In this document: positions 9,339 through 17,018 of the stretch, in pieces
Position numbering within the stretch: the stretch's first letter is position 1
Layout of the letters: every line of letters starts with the position of its first letter
Virus record (IMG/VR): IMGVR_UViG_3300030372_000159
Span: 1-37,280 of that record
Length of the DNA stretch: 37,280 bases
Strand: one strand, 5' to 3'
DNA from: a virus
Lineage: Duplodnaviria > Caudoviricetes
Program-made: the position numbers and the translations under genes
The notes under the pieces: generated by a model
Databases searched by the model: none
What the model saw: the letters and a program-made list of their open reading frames with translations, nothing else
Told to the model about the DNA's origin: nothing

Positions 9339-9438
9339 TAGGGGGGTATAGGTTCAAAAGGTTAGATCAAAATAAATATATAGGGTTAATCAATAGGGGG
9401 TATAGGGTAAATATTAATAGAGAGTATATAGGGTTAAT
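9339..9438 (+). repeat. Four dispersed TATAGG(G)TTAAT-like repeats
   Basis: TATAGGTT 9347, TATAGGGTTAAT 9379, TATAGGGTAAAT 9401, TATAGGGTTAAT 9427. Confidence 0.7.
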
Positions 9439-9541
9439 AGATAAGGCTAGTAAACACTAAGATAAACTAATTGTAACTAAATGTAAACAATGAATATAAG
9501 TAGTCATATCAAGGGAAGTGAGACTAATATGGAATTGGTTG

Positions 9542-9571
9542 TTGACAGTTTATGGAAACACTTGATATAGT
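9542..9571 (+). promoter_or_regulatory. Host sigma70-type early promoter 1
   Basis: TTGACA-N18-TATAGT with TG extended -10, upstream of the first early gene. Confidence 0.8.
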
Positions 9572-9618
9572 AGGTTCATCGGATCAAACGGATTCGATCT
9601 TTACCAAACAACCACACT

Positions 9619-9912
9619 ATGAAATTCAATACAGTTACTATTCCTGAGAGTCTCAGGGGTCTAGTAATCAAGACTAAATATCTTGGAGCTACTGACTACA
9701 GAGATGCAAGGATTAAAGCAACTCACAAACGTGAGAATGATAGAACCTTTACAAAAACAATTACTAAGAACTACGATCTTGAACCACCACAAAATGCCCT
9801 TAGAGCCGCTATGGCCTTAATGGACGAATGGGAATTTAAAGAGTATCACCCAAACATGAAAATTGTATCTATGGGGTGGGATCATGACCATTACTATTTC
9901 GTAGTCGTTTAG
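9619..9912 (+). CDS. Early hypothetical protein
   Basis: First ORF after the early promoter; IKTKYLGATDYRDARIKA. Confidence 0.75.
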   Translation: MKFNTVTIPESLRGLVIKTKYLGATDYRDARIKATHKRENDRTFTKTITKNYDLEPPQNALRAAMALMDEWEFKEYHPNMKIVSMGWDHDHYYFVVV

Positions 9913-9975
9913 ATTCCTTAGAGCCTAGTTATAGGTTCTAAAGAGTCCAAGACTCTAACCAAACCTTTACCAAAC
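9912..9975 (+). promoter_or_regulatory. Intergenic structured RNA element copy 1 (RNase III-like hairpin, competing hairpin, CTTTACCAAAC)
   Basis: GATTCCTTAGAGCCTA-GTTA-TAGGTTCTAAAGAGTC (9912-9947); AGAGTC-CAA-GACTCT (9942-9956). Confidence 0.7.
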
Positions 9976-9983
9976 CAAAAACC

Positions 9984-10175
9984 ATGCAAGAAATTTTAAT
10001 CAGCACTAGGGTTGCTTATAACGTCACTTATGTTGATGTTGTAAATAAAGATCAAAGAATACCTTTACAGTCTTTGACAGGCAATAAAACTCTAACTCAA
10101 AACAATATAGATTCCTTGAAATCTCTTGGATTTACTTTCAAGCTTCAAACAACTGCACCTGACATTAATTTCTAA
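9984..10175 (+). CDS. Early hypothetical protein
   Basis: 63 aa; LTGNKTLT...LKSLGFTF; follows the conserved leader. Confidence 0.7.
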   Translation: MQEILISTRVAYNVTYVDVVNKDQRIPLQSLTGNKTLTQNNIDSLKSLGFTFKLQTTAPDINF

Positions 10176-10177
10176 CT

Positions 10178-10372
10178 ATGCAAGCACCTAGACACCATTT
10201 TAGATACTGTATTGAGACTATGTATCACGATATAGGATTACAAAAAGTTTTTACTGATGATGTAGATACGGCCTGTGATTTCTGTGTTGATCTCTCAAAA
10301 GACTACCAAACAGAATACTCAAGAGTTATTGATACCACTAACAATGAGACTCTAAAATTCAAGAGTTGGTAA
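10178..10372 (+). CDS. Early hypothetical protein
   Basis: 64-aa ORF tightly packed in the early operon. Confidence 0.6.
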   Translation: MQAPRHHFRYCIETMYHDIGLQKVFTDDVDTACDFCVDLSKDYQTEYSRVIDTTNNETLKFKSW

Positions 10373-10373
10373 C

Positions 10374-10446
10374 GATTCCTTAGAGCCTAGTAGATAGGCT
10401 CTCAAGAATCCTTACAAGATTCTACAAACCAAAAACTTTACCAAAC
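10374..10446 (+). promoter_or_regulatory. Intergenic structured RNA element copy 2
   Basis: GATTCCTTAGAGCCTA-GTAGA-TAGGCTCTCAAGAATC (10374-10410); AGAATC-N7-GATTCT (10405-10423); CTTTACCAAAC 10436-10446. Confidence 0.7.
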
Positions 10447-10448
10447 AA

Positions 10449-11444
10449 ATGACCTTAACACTTGTCAAAAAACAAACAAAAAAAGAACCTTATGACCCTG
10501 ATAAAGGTGTCAAAGAATTAGCTGATACTTTAATCTCACTAATGGAAAAAGGTTGTAATCCTTTTCGCAAAGAGTGGACACCTGAAGGTGATCATATGAA
10601 CCTTACTACTGGGGAATATTACCAGAATGGTAACCTCATAGCCCTTGAGATTTACAAACTAGCTCAAGGCCATAAGTATCCTTATTGGTGCGGCTTTAAA
10701 CAAGCTCAAAAATGGGGTCTTAAAATCAAGAAGGGTAGCAAGTCAGCTATTATTCTTCGACCTATCACAATTAAAGGTAAGCGACCCTTAGATGAGTCCA
10801 AACCTGATGGCCTACAAGTAGAAACTGGTAGCCAGTTTACTATTTTCCGACCTACTAGAGTGTTTAATATCTCATGCTTTACAGGCTCAACACCTGAGAA
10901 TCAAAAAAAGCTAGACGATAGGATAGCTGACCTTGAAAAACAACATGAAGCTACTAACTTTGAGCCATTAGATGACCGACTAAAGAATGTACATGACATT
11001 GTAGTTACCAACTATATTGATAAGCACCTTAAAAACTTCAGTCATAAAGGAGATAGAGCTTACTATGATGTACTCTTTGATGAGATCGTAGTACCTGATA
11101 GAACTAGGTTCTCAAACAATGAGAATTACTACGCTGTAGTTATGCACGAAGCCTGTCATAGTACGGGATCTCAAGAGAGACTCAAACGAGATGGCATTGT
11201 AAAAGCGTGTGGATTTGGCTCTGAGCTATACGCTGAAGAAGAAATTATTACAGAATGTGCGGCCTTCTTACTAGCTAGAGAGTTGAAAGTCAGCACAACT
11301 GATGACCAACACGCTAGTTACCTTAAGAGTTGGATCAGTAAACTCAAGAAAGAACCTAAGTTTATTAACACTATCTTAGGTCAGTCAGTAAAGGCTAAGA
11401 ACTTTATCTTGAACCCGATAGTTGACAAGTCTGACAACACTTGA
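10449..11444 (+). CDS. ardC: ArdC-like antirestriction protein (DUF1738 ssDNA-binding domain plus zincin-like domain)
   Basis: NPFRKEW, NLTTGEYYQNGN, WCGFKQAQKWGLKIKKGSK, VFNI; C-terminal HEACHSTG...RLKR...YAEEEIITE...HASYLKSW. Confidence 0.85.
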   Translation: MTLTLVKKQTKKEPYDPDKGVKELADTLISLMEKGCNPFRKEWTPEGDHMNLTTGEYYQNGNLIALEIYKLAQGHKYPYWCGFKQAQKWGLKIKKGSKSAIILRPITIKGKRPLDESKPDGLQVETGSQFTIFRPTRVFNISCFTGSTPENQKKLDDRIADLEKQHEATNFEPLDDRLKNVHDIVVTNYIDKHLKNFSHKGDRAYYDVLFDEIVVPDRTRFSNNENYYAVVMHEACHSTGSQERLKRDGIVKACGFGSELYAEEEIITECAAFLLARELKVSTTDDQHASYLKSWISKLKKEPKFINTILGQSVKAKNFILNPIVDKSDNT

Positions 11445-11450
11445 TATAGT
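11422..11450 (+). promoter_or_regulatory. Host sigma70-type early promoter 2
   Basis: TTGACA-N17-TATAGT with TG extended -10; shares AACACTTGATATAGT with promoter 1. Confidence 0.8.
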
Positions 11451-11460
11451 GTGTTACAAA

Positions 11461-11532
11461 GACCCACTCTTATTAGCCCTTGATTCAGGGGCTAGTATGA
11501 GTGGCTCACAAAGAGTCACTTACTAACCAAAC
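11461..11532 (+). promoter_or_regulatory. Intergenic structured RNA element copy 3 (sequence-divergent)
   Basis: CCACTC-T-TATTAGCCCTTG-ATT-CAGGGGCTAGTA-T-GAGTGG (11464-11504); AGTGGCTC-ACAAA-GAGTCACT (11500-11520); ACTAACCAAAC. Confidence 0.65.
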
Positions 11533-11548
11533 AAATGAGGTCACAATT

Positions 11549-11995
11549 ATGAAAGCTGGACACTATTACAATCAAGCTGAAAAAGCTTATGAAATCTTAC
11601 ATAAGTATCACACTAAAATGTTTGATTTAGGTGGGGAAGAATCTGATTTCTGGAATGATGACTTGAATCATTATGAAAGAGTCTTAAGAAATTCTCTTGA
11701 ATGGGGAAAAGAAGATGAACTCTTTACTGAAGCTGCAAACTTTGATACAAGACTCTCAAGAGTTGACGATCACATAAAAGAATATCTATCTGATATTAGA
11801 TATTTAAAAGGTCGTATCAAAGAACTTAAAGCAACTAAAGAAAGAGTGCAGCAAGAAAAAAAAGAATATCTTGTAGAAAATAATATTGACTACAAGACGA
11901 TTGATAAGAGACTTGCTGCTGAGTACCCAGAATTTGCAGAGGAAAGCAAAGTTAAAACATTAGAGGGGGAGTTCATTCCTACTTTCCATGATTAA
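11549..11995 (+). CDS. Early hypothetical coiled-coil protein
   Basis: ATG 11549 with GAGG upstream is preferred; the listed GTG 11501 lies inside the hairpin. Confidence 0.7.
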   Translation: MKAGHYYNQAEKAYEILHKYHTKMFDLGGEESDFWNDDLNHYERVLRNSLEWGKEDELFTEAANFDTRLSRVDDHIKEYLSDIRYLKGRIKELKATKERVQQEKKEYLVENNIDYKTIDKRLAAEYPEFAEESKVKTLEGEFIPTFHD

Positions 11996-12158
11996 ACGTA
12001 AGACTTATCAAACGTACTGGGAACTTGAGTCCATGTATTACCGAGCCTGTAGAATTACAGGCTCACAACCAAACCTGATGGCTTATCAAAACCTTGATAC
12101 TAAAGAAGCTATCGTCATTCTTAAAAGAGAATTAGTAAAAACAATCTTATCCATTTAG
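11988..12158 (+). CDS. 56-aa early hypothetical protein (not in ORF track)
   Basis: MIKRKTYQTYWELESMYYRACRITGSQPNLMAYQNLDTKEAIVILKRELVKTILSI; fills the gap and overlaps the upstream stop. Confidence 0.55.
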   Translation: MIKRKTYQTYWELESMYYRACRITGSQPNLMAYQNLDTKEAIVILKRELVKTILSI

Positions 12159-12169
12159 GAGTCACAACA

Positions 12170-12484
12170 ATGAACACTTCAAGAATCGAACACATTTGGC
12201 CTGATGGTCATTGGCAAGAGATGGAATTTGTCTCTTTTAAAGTCGGAGTATTTGATGATACTTCAGTAGGTTATTTGTCAGCTACCGATAATGAAGGAGA
12301 TGAAGCACACTTACCTAACATGAAGTCATCAACTATAGTTAAATGCTTTGCAAAATTCTTAGAGATTGAAAATGTCTTGAGAGAATCAGAGCATGGTAAC
12401 AAAGCAAGTGCTGAAACTATGGAGAACCTACGAAAGATAAGAGATAAGATCAATAAACTTATTAAACCAGAGGAAAAAACTTAA
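12170..12484 (+). CDS. Early hypothetical protein
   Basis: 104 aa; GGAG upstream of the ATG. Confidence 0.7.
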   Translation: MNTSRIEHIWPDGHWQEMEFVSFKVGVFDDTSVGYLSATDNEGDEAHLPNMKSSTIVKCFAKFLEIENVLRESEHGNKASAETMENLRKIRDKINKLIKPEEKT

Positions 12485-12717
12485 TGAATATATGTCCTAA
12501 CTGTCGGGGTCTCAATACTAAAAATCTTGAGACTCGGTTTAGGAGTGGCAAACCTAACCGCAATAATAAAAACAAAGCCAACATTCCTTACACTTATAGA
12601 CGCAGAGAATGTCTTGACTGTGGTAAGAGATACACTACTAGGGAATACACATTCGTTGATCTTATAGCGTTTGCAAAACTGCCAGAGCTAAAAAGGATTG
12701 ATGACCTTATGCCTTGA
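12484..12717 (+). CDS. NrdR-like N-terminal zinc-ribbon protein (no ATP cone)
   Basis: CPNC...ETR...RRRECLDCGKRYTTRE matches the NrdR Zn ribbon (CPxC...RRRxCxxCxxRFTTxE). Confidence 0.8.
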   Translation: MNICPNCRGLNTKNLETRFRSGKPNRNNKNKANIPYTYRRRECLDCGKRYTTREYTFVDLIAFAKLPELKRIDDLMP

Positions 12718-12875
12718 TGAACACAAAAGAAAAAATTGACTACGCACAAAAGCGTATCCAAGAATTAACCACCCTAATAAACCTATGGAGTCACAATGAA
12801 AAAAAAAGTACCAACACTCAAGGAAGCTGCGAACAAAACTTATCGCAGGAGAAAGAACGGAGATGTATCAGCTAA
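12717..12875 (+). CDS. 52-aa small protein overlapping the integrase start (not in ORF track)
   Basis: TGATG coupling; MNTKEKIDYAQKRIQELTTLINLWSHNEKK... Confidence 0.5.
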   Translation: MNTKEKIDYAQKRIQELTTLINLWSHNEKKSTNTQGSCEQNLSQEKERRCIS

Positions 12876-13635
12876 AGATTTTCTTACTAGCATGAGACAT
12901 AATGTTCAAGCGTTAGGAGACATACCAGTAAACAAAATTACTACCAGTCTCATTAACAAAATGAATGACCACAACAAGTCACGACCTAACTGTAATGAAG
13001 TAGTTAACAAGAAGATGGGTCATCTTAAGCTAGTGTTAGAAGACTGTAGAGATGATGGGTATATAACTATACCTGAGTTTCCTAAACCTAGACGTGTCAA
13101 GAAAAACAAGAAGGTACACTACCTGACTGCTGACATGGAAAGAGAACTCATGTCTTACCTGACTTGCTTTAATCACCACGAACATAGAGATGTATTCAAG
13201 TGTTTGATTGATATAGGTTGCAGGGTTATGGAACTACTGACACTTGAAAAAAGATTTGTTGACTTCGACAAGAATCAAATTACATTCCAGTACAGGAAGA
13301 ATGGAAGACCTAATACAGTACCTATGACTACTGCTGTCAGGTCTATCATCAAGCCTTACTATGACAAGTGTAATACCTTAGACCTACTGTTCGATCACGA
13401 TTACACATGGGCTAATACTATATTCCAAAAGGCCAAGTCAGAACTAGGCTATGGTAAACACAAGTGGTACAGGATACATTTGTTTAGAGATACCTGTGGT
13501 TCAAGACTTGCTCAAGCAGGAGTACAGATACTAATTATTAGAGACTGGCTAGGACATGAAGACATACAAATGACAGAGAAGTATTCTCATCTAGCACCTG
13601 ACTCTATGCATCAAGTAGTGGAGGTGTTGAACTGA
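12796..13635 (+). CDS. int: Tyrosine recombinase / integrase
   Basis: Catalytic set present: GCRVMEL (R), RKNG (K), HLFRDT (HxxR), LGHEDIQMTEKYSH (H, Y); upstream of RNAP as in T7-like cyanophages. Confidence 0.92.
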   Translation: MKKKVPTLKEAANKTYRRRKNGDVSAKDFLTSMRHNVQALGDIPVNKITTSLINKMNDHNKSRPNCNEVVNKKMGHLKLVLEDCRDDGYITIPEFPKPRRVKKNKKVHYLTADMERELMSYLTCFNHHEHRDVFKCLIDIGCRVMELLTLEKRFVDFDKNQITFQYRKNGRPNTVPMTTAVRSIIKPYYDKCNTLDLLFDHDYTWANTIFQKAKSELGYGKHKWYRIHLFRDTCGSRLAQAGVQILIIRDWLGHEDIQMTEKYSHLAPDSMHQVVEVLN

Positions 13636-13895
13636 TGGAAGTACATATAGAAATTATGCCAACTAATTTCTTTTTTAAAGAAGAAACTTGGTACACAAAT
13701 AAAGAATCAAAGATGGCAACAGAAAAACCATTAGTTAATGTTGTATGGGTACAAGATAATGGTGCTGCGATTGGACAAATGACAACAATAGATATGATCT
13801 TTAATCCTATCGAAGAGTATGTAACCATACCAGAAGAGGTAAGACTTGAGGTAATTAGAAAGTATAAAGACCAACTGAAACCTTACTTACAATGA
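13635..13895 (+). CDS. Hypothetical protein
   Basis: 86 aa, coupled to both int (TGATG) and RNAP (ATGA). Confidence 0.65.
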   Translation: MEVHIEIMPTNFFFKEETWYTNKESKMATEKPLVNVVWVQDNGAAIGQMTTIDMIFNPIEEYVTIPEEVRLEVIRKYKDQLKPYLQ

Positions 13896-16288
13896 CAGAA
13901 CCAAGTAAGAAACAACTAGAGTTAGAGCAAAGTATCTTCAGCATCTCAGGATACAATAAGCTATCTAGGAATAACAAACTAAGAGAGAAGGGAAGGGAGT
14001 CTGAAACACCATACGCTAGAAACATGATTGAAGCAGGACTTGATGCCCTTACAAAAGCATTGAAGTTATACGTTGAACAATCAATGACAGGACAGGCAGG
14101 AGTCAGGGCTGTAGCTGCAAAGTATGTAGCTCAGTTCCCTGACCTTGACGTGGTATCTTTTATTGCTTTCAAAGTAATCATAGATAATACATCACTTGAA
14201 AAACCAACAACAACAATCGCTATAAACATAGGTCAAATGTTGGAAGATGAGATGCGTTATACAATCTTTGAACAGCTAGACCCCAAGTACTTTAAGAACA
14301 TCAAGAGACATACCAGAGATACAAACCATACTGGCTACAAAAAGAATATGGTTAGATCACACATGACTAAGAAGGGTATAGACTTTGAGACTTGGAAGAA
14401 GGAAGACAAGTTAAAAATAGGTCTAGTTCTTATTGATCTAGTAATGGTAAATGTAGGCATGGTTAAGATGATTAACAAGAGAGTAGGTAAGAGTTTATTA
14501 TCTTGCTTAGTCTTTACTGAAGTGGCTATGAAGTGGATACAAAAGGGGCGAGCTAATAGGATAGCTGCATATCCACAGTATCTTCCTTGCTATGACAAAC
14601 CCAAGCCATATACAACACTATCTGATGGAGGTTTCTACACCGAGAGACTTAGAACAAATGCTATCAAGACTTCTAATCCAAAGACATTAAGAAAGTTACA
14701 AGAAGAAAACTTAACAGTATGTCTAAAGGCTCTAAACCTTGCGTCACATACAGCGTGGGGGGTAAATAAATTTGTGTTTGATACTCTTGTATATTGTTGG
14801 GAAGAAGGTATAGAAGTAGGGGGGTTGATAAATAAAGAACCATTAGAGCTACCACCTAAACCTGATGACTGGAATGATAAGGACAAGACAAAGACATGGC
14901 GATACCACGCAGGTCTTACACATGATACTAACCACAAAAACAAAGTCAAAAGGTATCAGATATTATCAATCATTGATACCGCAAAAAAATTTCTAGGAGA
15001 AAAATTTTATCATGTTTATCAAATGGATTTTACTTCTAGGTTTTATCCTGTAACTGCACACTTTCACCCACAAGGTACTGATATAGCTAGAGGATTACAC
15101 CAGTTCTATAAAGGTGGAGAGATTAAGACCAAGAGACAACTTGACTGGTTAGCCATAGCAGGAGCAAATGCTTTTGGCATGAGCAAGTGTAGCTATGAAG
15201 AGAGATTAGAGTGGGCATACATAGAAGGTCAGGACTACGCAGAACAAGTAGCACTTGATCCTATAGAGAACCTTGATTTGTGGGGTAATGCTACTGACCC
15301 ATTTCAGTTTCTTGCATGGTGTAAAGAGTGGCATGACTTTATGCAGGTAGGTATGAACAATGGTTTTATCTCAAGATTCTGTTGTTGTCTTGATGGTACT
15401 AACAATGGCTACCAACATATAGCAGGACTGGTATCTTGTAAGGAACTAGCAGGTAAAGTTAATCTACAATACAACAAACAACCACAGGATTTATATAAAG
15501 AAGTCTTAGCAAAAGTATTGATACTACTAAAGAATGACACTTCAATTCAAGGTCAACTTTGGTATGAGCATAGAAACAAAATGACTAGAAAGTTTATAAA
15601 GAAACCAGTCTTGATGATACCTTATAACTCAACAACTTTTGGTATAGCAAATCATGTAGAAAGATACTTTGTAAATGAAAATATTTCTATGGCAAAAAAT
15701 TTTAAGAACAACTTTTATCTTGCAACAATTATTGAGACTGCTGTTAGTATGATAAGTCCTGAAAGTATCAAGTTACTTAAGTACTTATCAAAGATAGCTG
15801 TATGTTTTAACAAAGAAAACAAAACTATTTCATGGCATACACCTTCTGGTTTTTTAGTACAACAAAAGTATTACGTTAACAACAGCAAGATAATAAGAAC
15901 CAAGTTAAGTAACTCAAGTATGAGATTAAACTTAGCTGAACCTACACTACAGGTTGATAAAAGAAAACAGGCTCAAGGTTTCCCAAGTAATTATATACAT
16001 AGCTTTGATGCTGCCCACCTTCAGTTAACTTTAGTTGAAGCAAACAAGGTAGGTCTTGAACAGTTTTGTATAATCCATGATTGCTTTGGTAGCCCTGCTG
16101 CTGATCTTGAAAGACTAATTGAATGTGTGAAGCAGACATTTTTCTACATATATAGTGACAATAATTTAGACAACTTACATCATCAAGTAGCACAACAACT
16201 TAGTGATAGCAAAGGTTTACCACCTGCATTACGTATGGGAGACTTTGATATTACAGAGGTGTTGACTGCACCATATATATTTACTTAA
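13892..16288 (+). CDS. T7-like single-subunit RNA polymerase
   Basis: DFTSRFY, PQGTD, motif A LDGTNNGYQH, motif B RKFIKKPVLMIPYNS, NYIHSFDAAHL, motif C IHDCFG, C-terminal YIF. Confidence 0.97.
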   Translation: MTEPSKKQLELEQSIFSISGYNKLSRNNKLREKGRESETPYARNMIEAGLDALTKALKLYVEQSMTGQAGVRAVAAKYVAQFPDLDVVSFIAFKVIIDNTSLEKPTTTIAINIGQMLEDEMRYTIFEQLDPKYFKNIKRHTRDTNHTGYKKNMVRSHMTKKGIDFETWKKEDKLKIGLVLIDLVMVNVGMVKMINKRVGKSLLSCLVFTEVAMKWIQKGRANRIAAYPQYLPCYDKPKPYTTLSDGGFYTERLRTNAIKTSNPKTLRKLQEENLTVCLKALNLASHTAWGVNKFVFDTLVYCWEEGIEVGGLINKEPLELPPKPDDWNDKDKTKTWRYHAGLTHDTNHKNKVKRYQILSIIDTAKKFLGEKFYHVYQMDFTSRFYPVTAHFHPQGTDIARGLHQFYKGGEIKTKRQLDWLAIAGANAFGMSKCSYEERLEWAYIEGQDYAEQVALDPIENLDLWGNATDPFQFLAWCKEWHDFMQVGMNNGFISRFCCCLDGTNNGYQHIAGLVSCKELAGKVNLQYNKQPQDLYKEVLAKVLILLKNDTSIQGQLWYEHRNKMTRKFIKKPVLMIPYNSTTFGIANHVERYFVNENISMAKNFKNNFYLATIIETAVSMISPESIKLLKYLSKIAVCFNKENKTISWHTPSGFLVQQKYYVNNSKIIRTKLSNSSMRLNLAEPTLQVDKRKQAQGFPSNYIHSFDAAHLQLTLVEANKVGLEQFCIIHDCFGSPAADLERLIECVKQTFFYIYSDNNLDNLHHQVAQQLSDSKGLPPALRMGDFDITEVLTAPYIFT

Positions 16289-16358
16289 TAAAAAACTAAG
16301 GTACAATAAATGAACGTCTAAATTAGACGAACTAACCAGTTAATTACCAAGGTAAAAA

Positions 16359-17018
16359 ATGGACAACATTAAATCGGAGACTATTAAGTTAGTCACCCCA
16401 GTAGGAACTCGCTTTCGTTACTCTTATTTAGTAACACCTGATGAGTACATGGGTGAACAGAAGTGGAAGACAGAAGCATTGATACCAGTAGGGTCAATGA
16501 TGAAGAACAAGGAAGGCAAGATGGTAGAAGCTACCGCTTATATCATTGAGGAACTAGAAGGATTACTAGAGATATGGAAGGGTCAACTGAAAGCTGCTTT
16601 TCCTGATAGATCTTTTAGTTTAACTAAGAGTTCAAAGACAGGACAACCATCTTTCCCTTGGTCATTCGAGGAAAGTGATTTAGTTATCAGACTAAAGAAA
16701 AATTATAAAGGCATGAAGGGTATCAATACACCTGTTTCTTTTTATAAGACTGAAGAACAAAGCGGTCAAGTAGTTCTTATGAATGAAGATGAAAGATTAC
16801 AGATGGAGAAGATAAGTCCAGATACAGAAGGACAAGTATCTTTCTTAGCTTCTGGATATAACGCAGGTGGTAATGGTGTGGGTATTAGATGTATGCCATT
16901 AAGTATCTGCTTTAGAAATATAGTTCCCTTTACAGGTGGAGGTGGAGCAAGTGACTTCGAGACAGCAGAACCAACGACCTACGAAGAGAAAGCGACTGCA
17001 ACAGCAGCCGACTTCTAA
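16359..17018 (+). CDS. ssDNA-binding protein (T7 gp2.5-like)
   Basis: TPVG..RYSYLVTPDE, acidic tail ending in DF, position after RNAP. Confidence 0.85.
   Translation: MDNIKSETIKLVTPVGTRFRYSYLVTPDEYMGEQKWKTEALIPVGSMMKNKEGKMVEATAYIIEELEGLLEIWKGQLKAAFPDRSFSLTKSSKTGQPSFPWSFEESDLVIRLKKNYKGMKGINTPVSFYKTEEQSGQVVLMNEDERLQMEKISPDTEGQVSFLASGYNAGGNGVGIRCMPLSICFRNIVPFTGGGGASDFETAEPTTYEEKATATAADF

Larger units (their letters stand above)
9001..9540. other. Non-coding genome-end / terminal-repeat junction region
   Basis: AT-rich and ORF-free, between TerL (last T7 gene) and the first early promoter; contains short repeat arrays. Confidence 0.7.

Noticed and set aside
9341-9433. G-quadruplex from the G-runs
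   Set aside because: Loops are long (10-30 nt) and AT-rich; weak candidate.
9912-11520. Early-region repeats as a CRISPR array or integron attC-like sites
   Set aside because: Only two copies share sequence, spacing is gene-sized and there are no cas genes. G-U-compatible variation favours RNA structure. No attC core was seen and the integrase shows no clear IntI features, though this was not tested computationally.
9001-13900. tRNA gene or tRNA-derived attP
   Set aside because: No T-arm (GGTTCRAnTCC) or cloverleaf seen.
16280-16330. Early terminator or phage promoter after RNAP (CGTCTA-AAT-TAGACG hairpin, TACAAT)
   Set aside because: Short stem without a U-tract, and no repeated phage-promoter consensus could be found elsewhere by eye.
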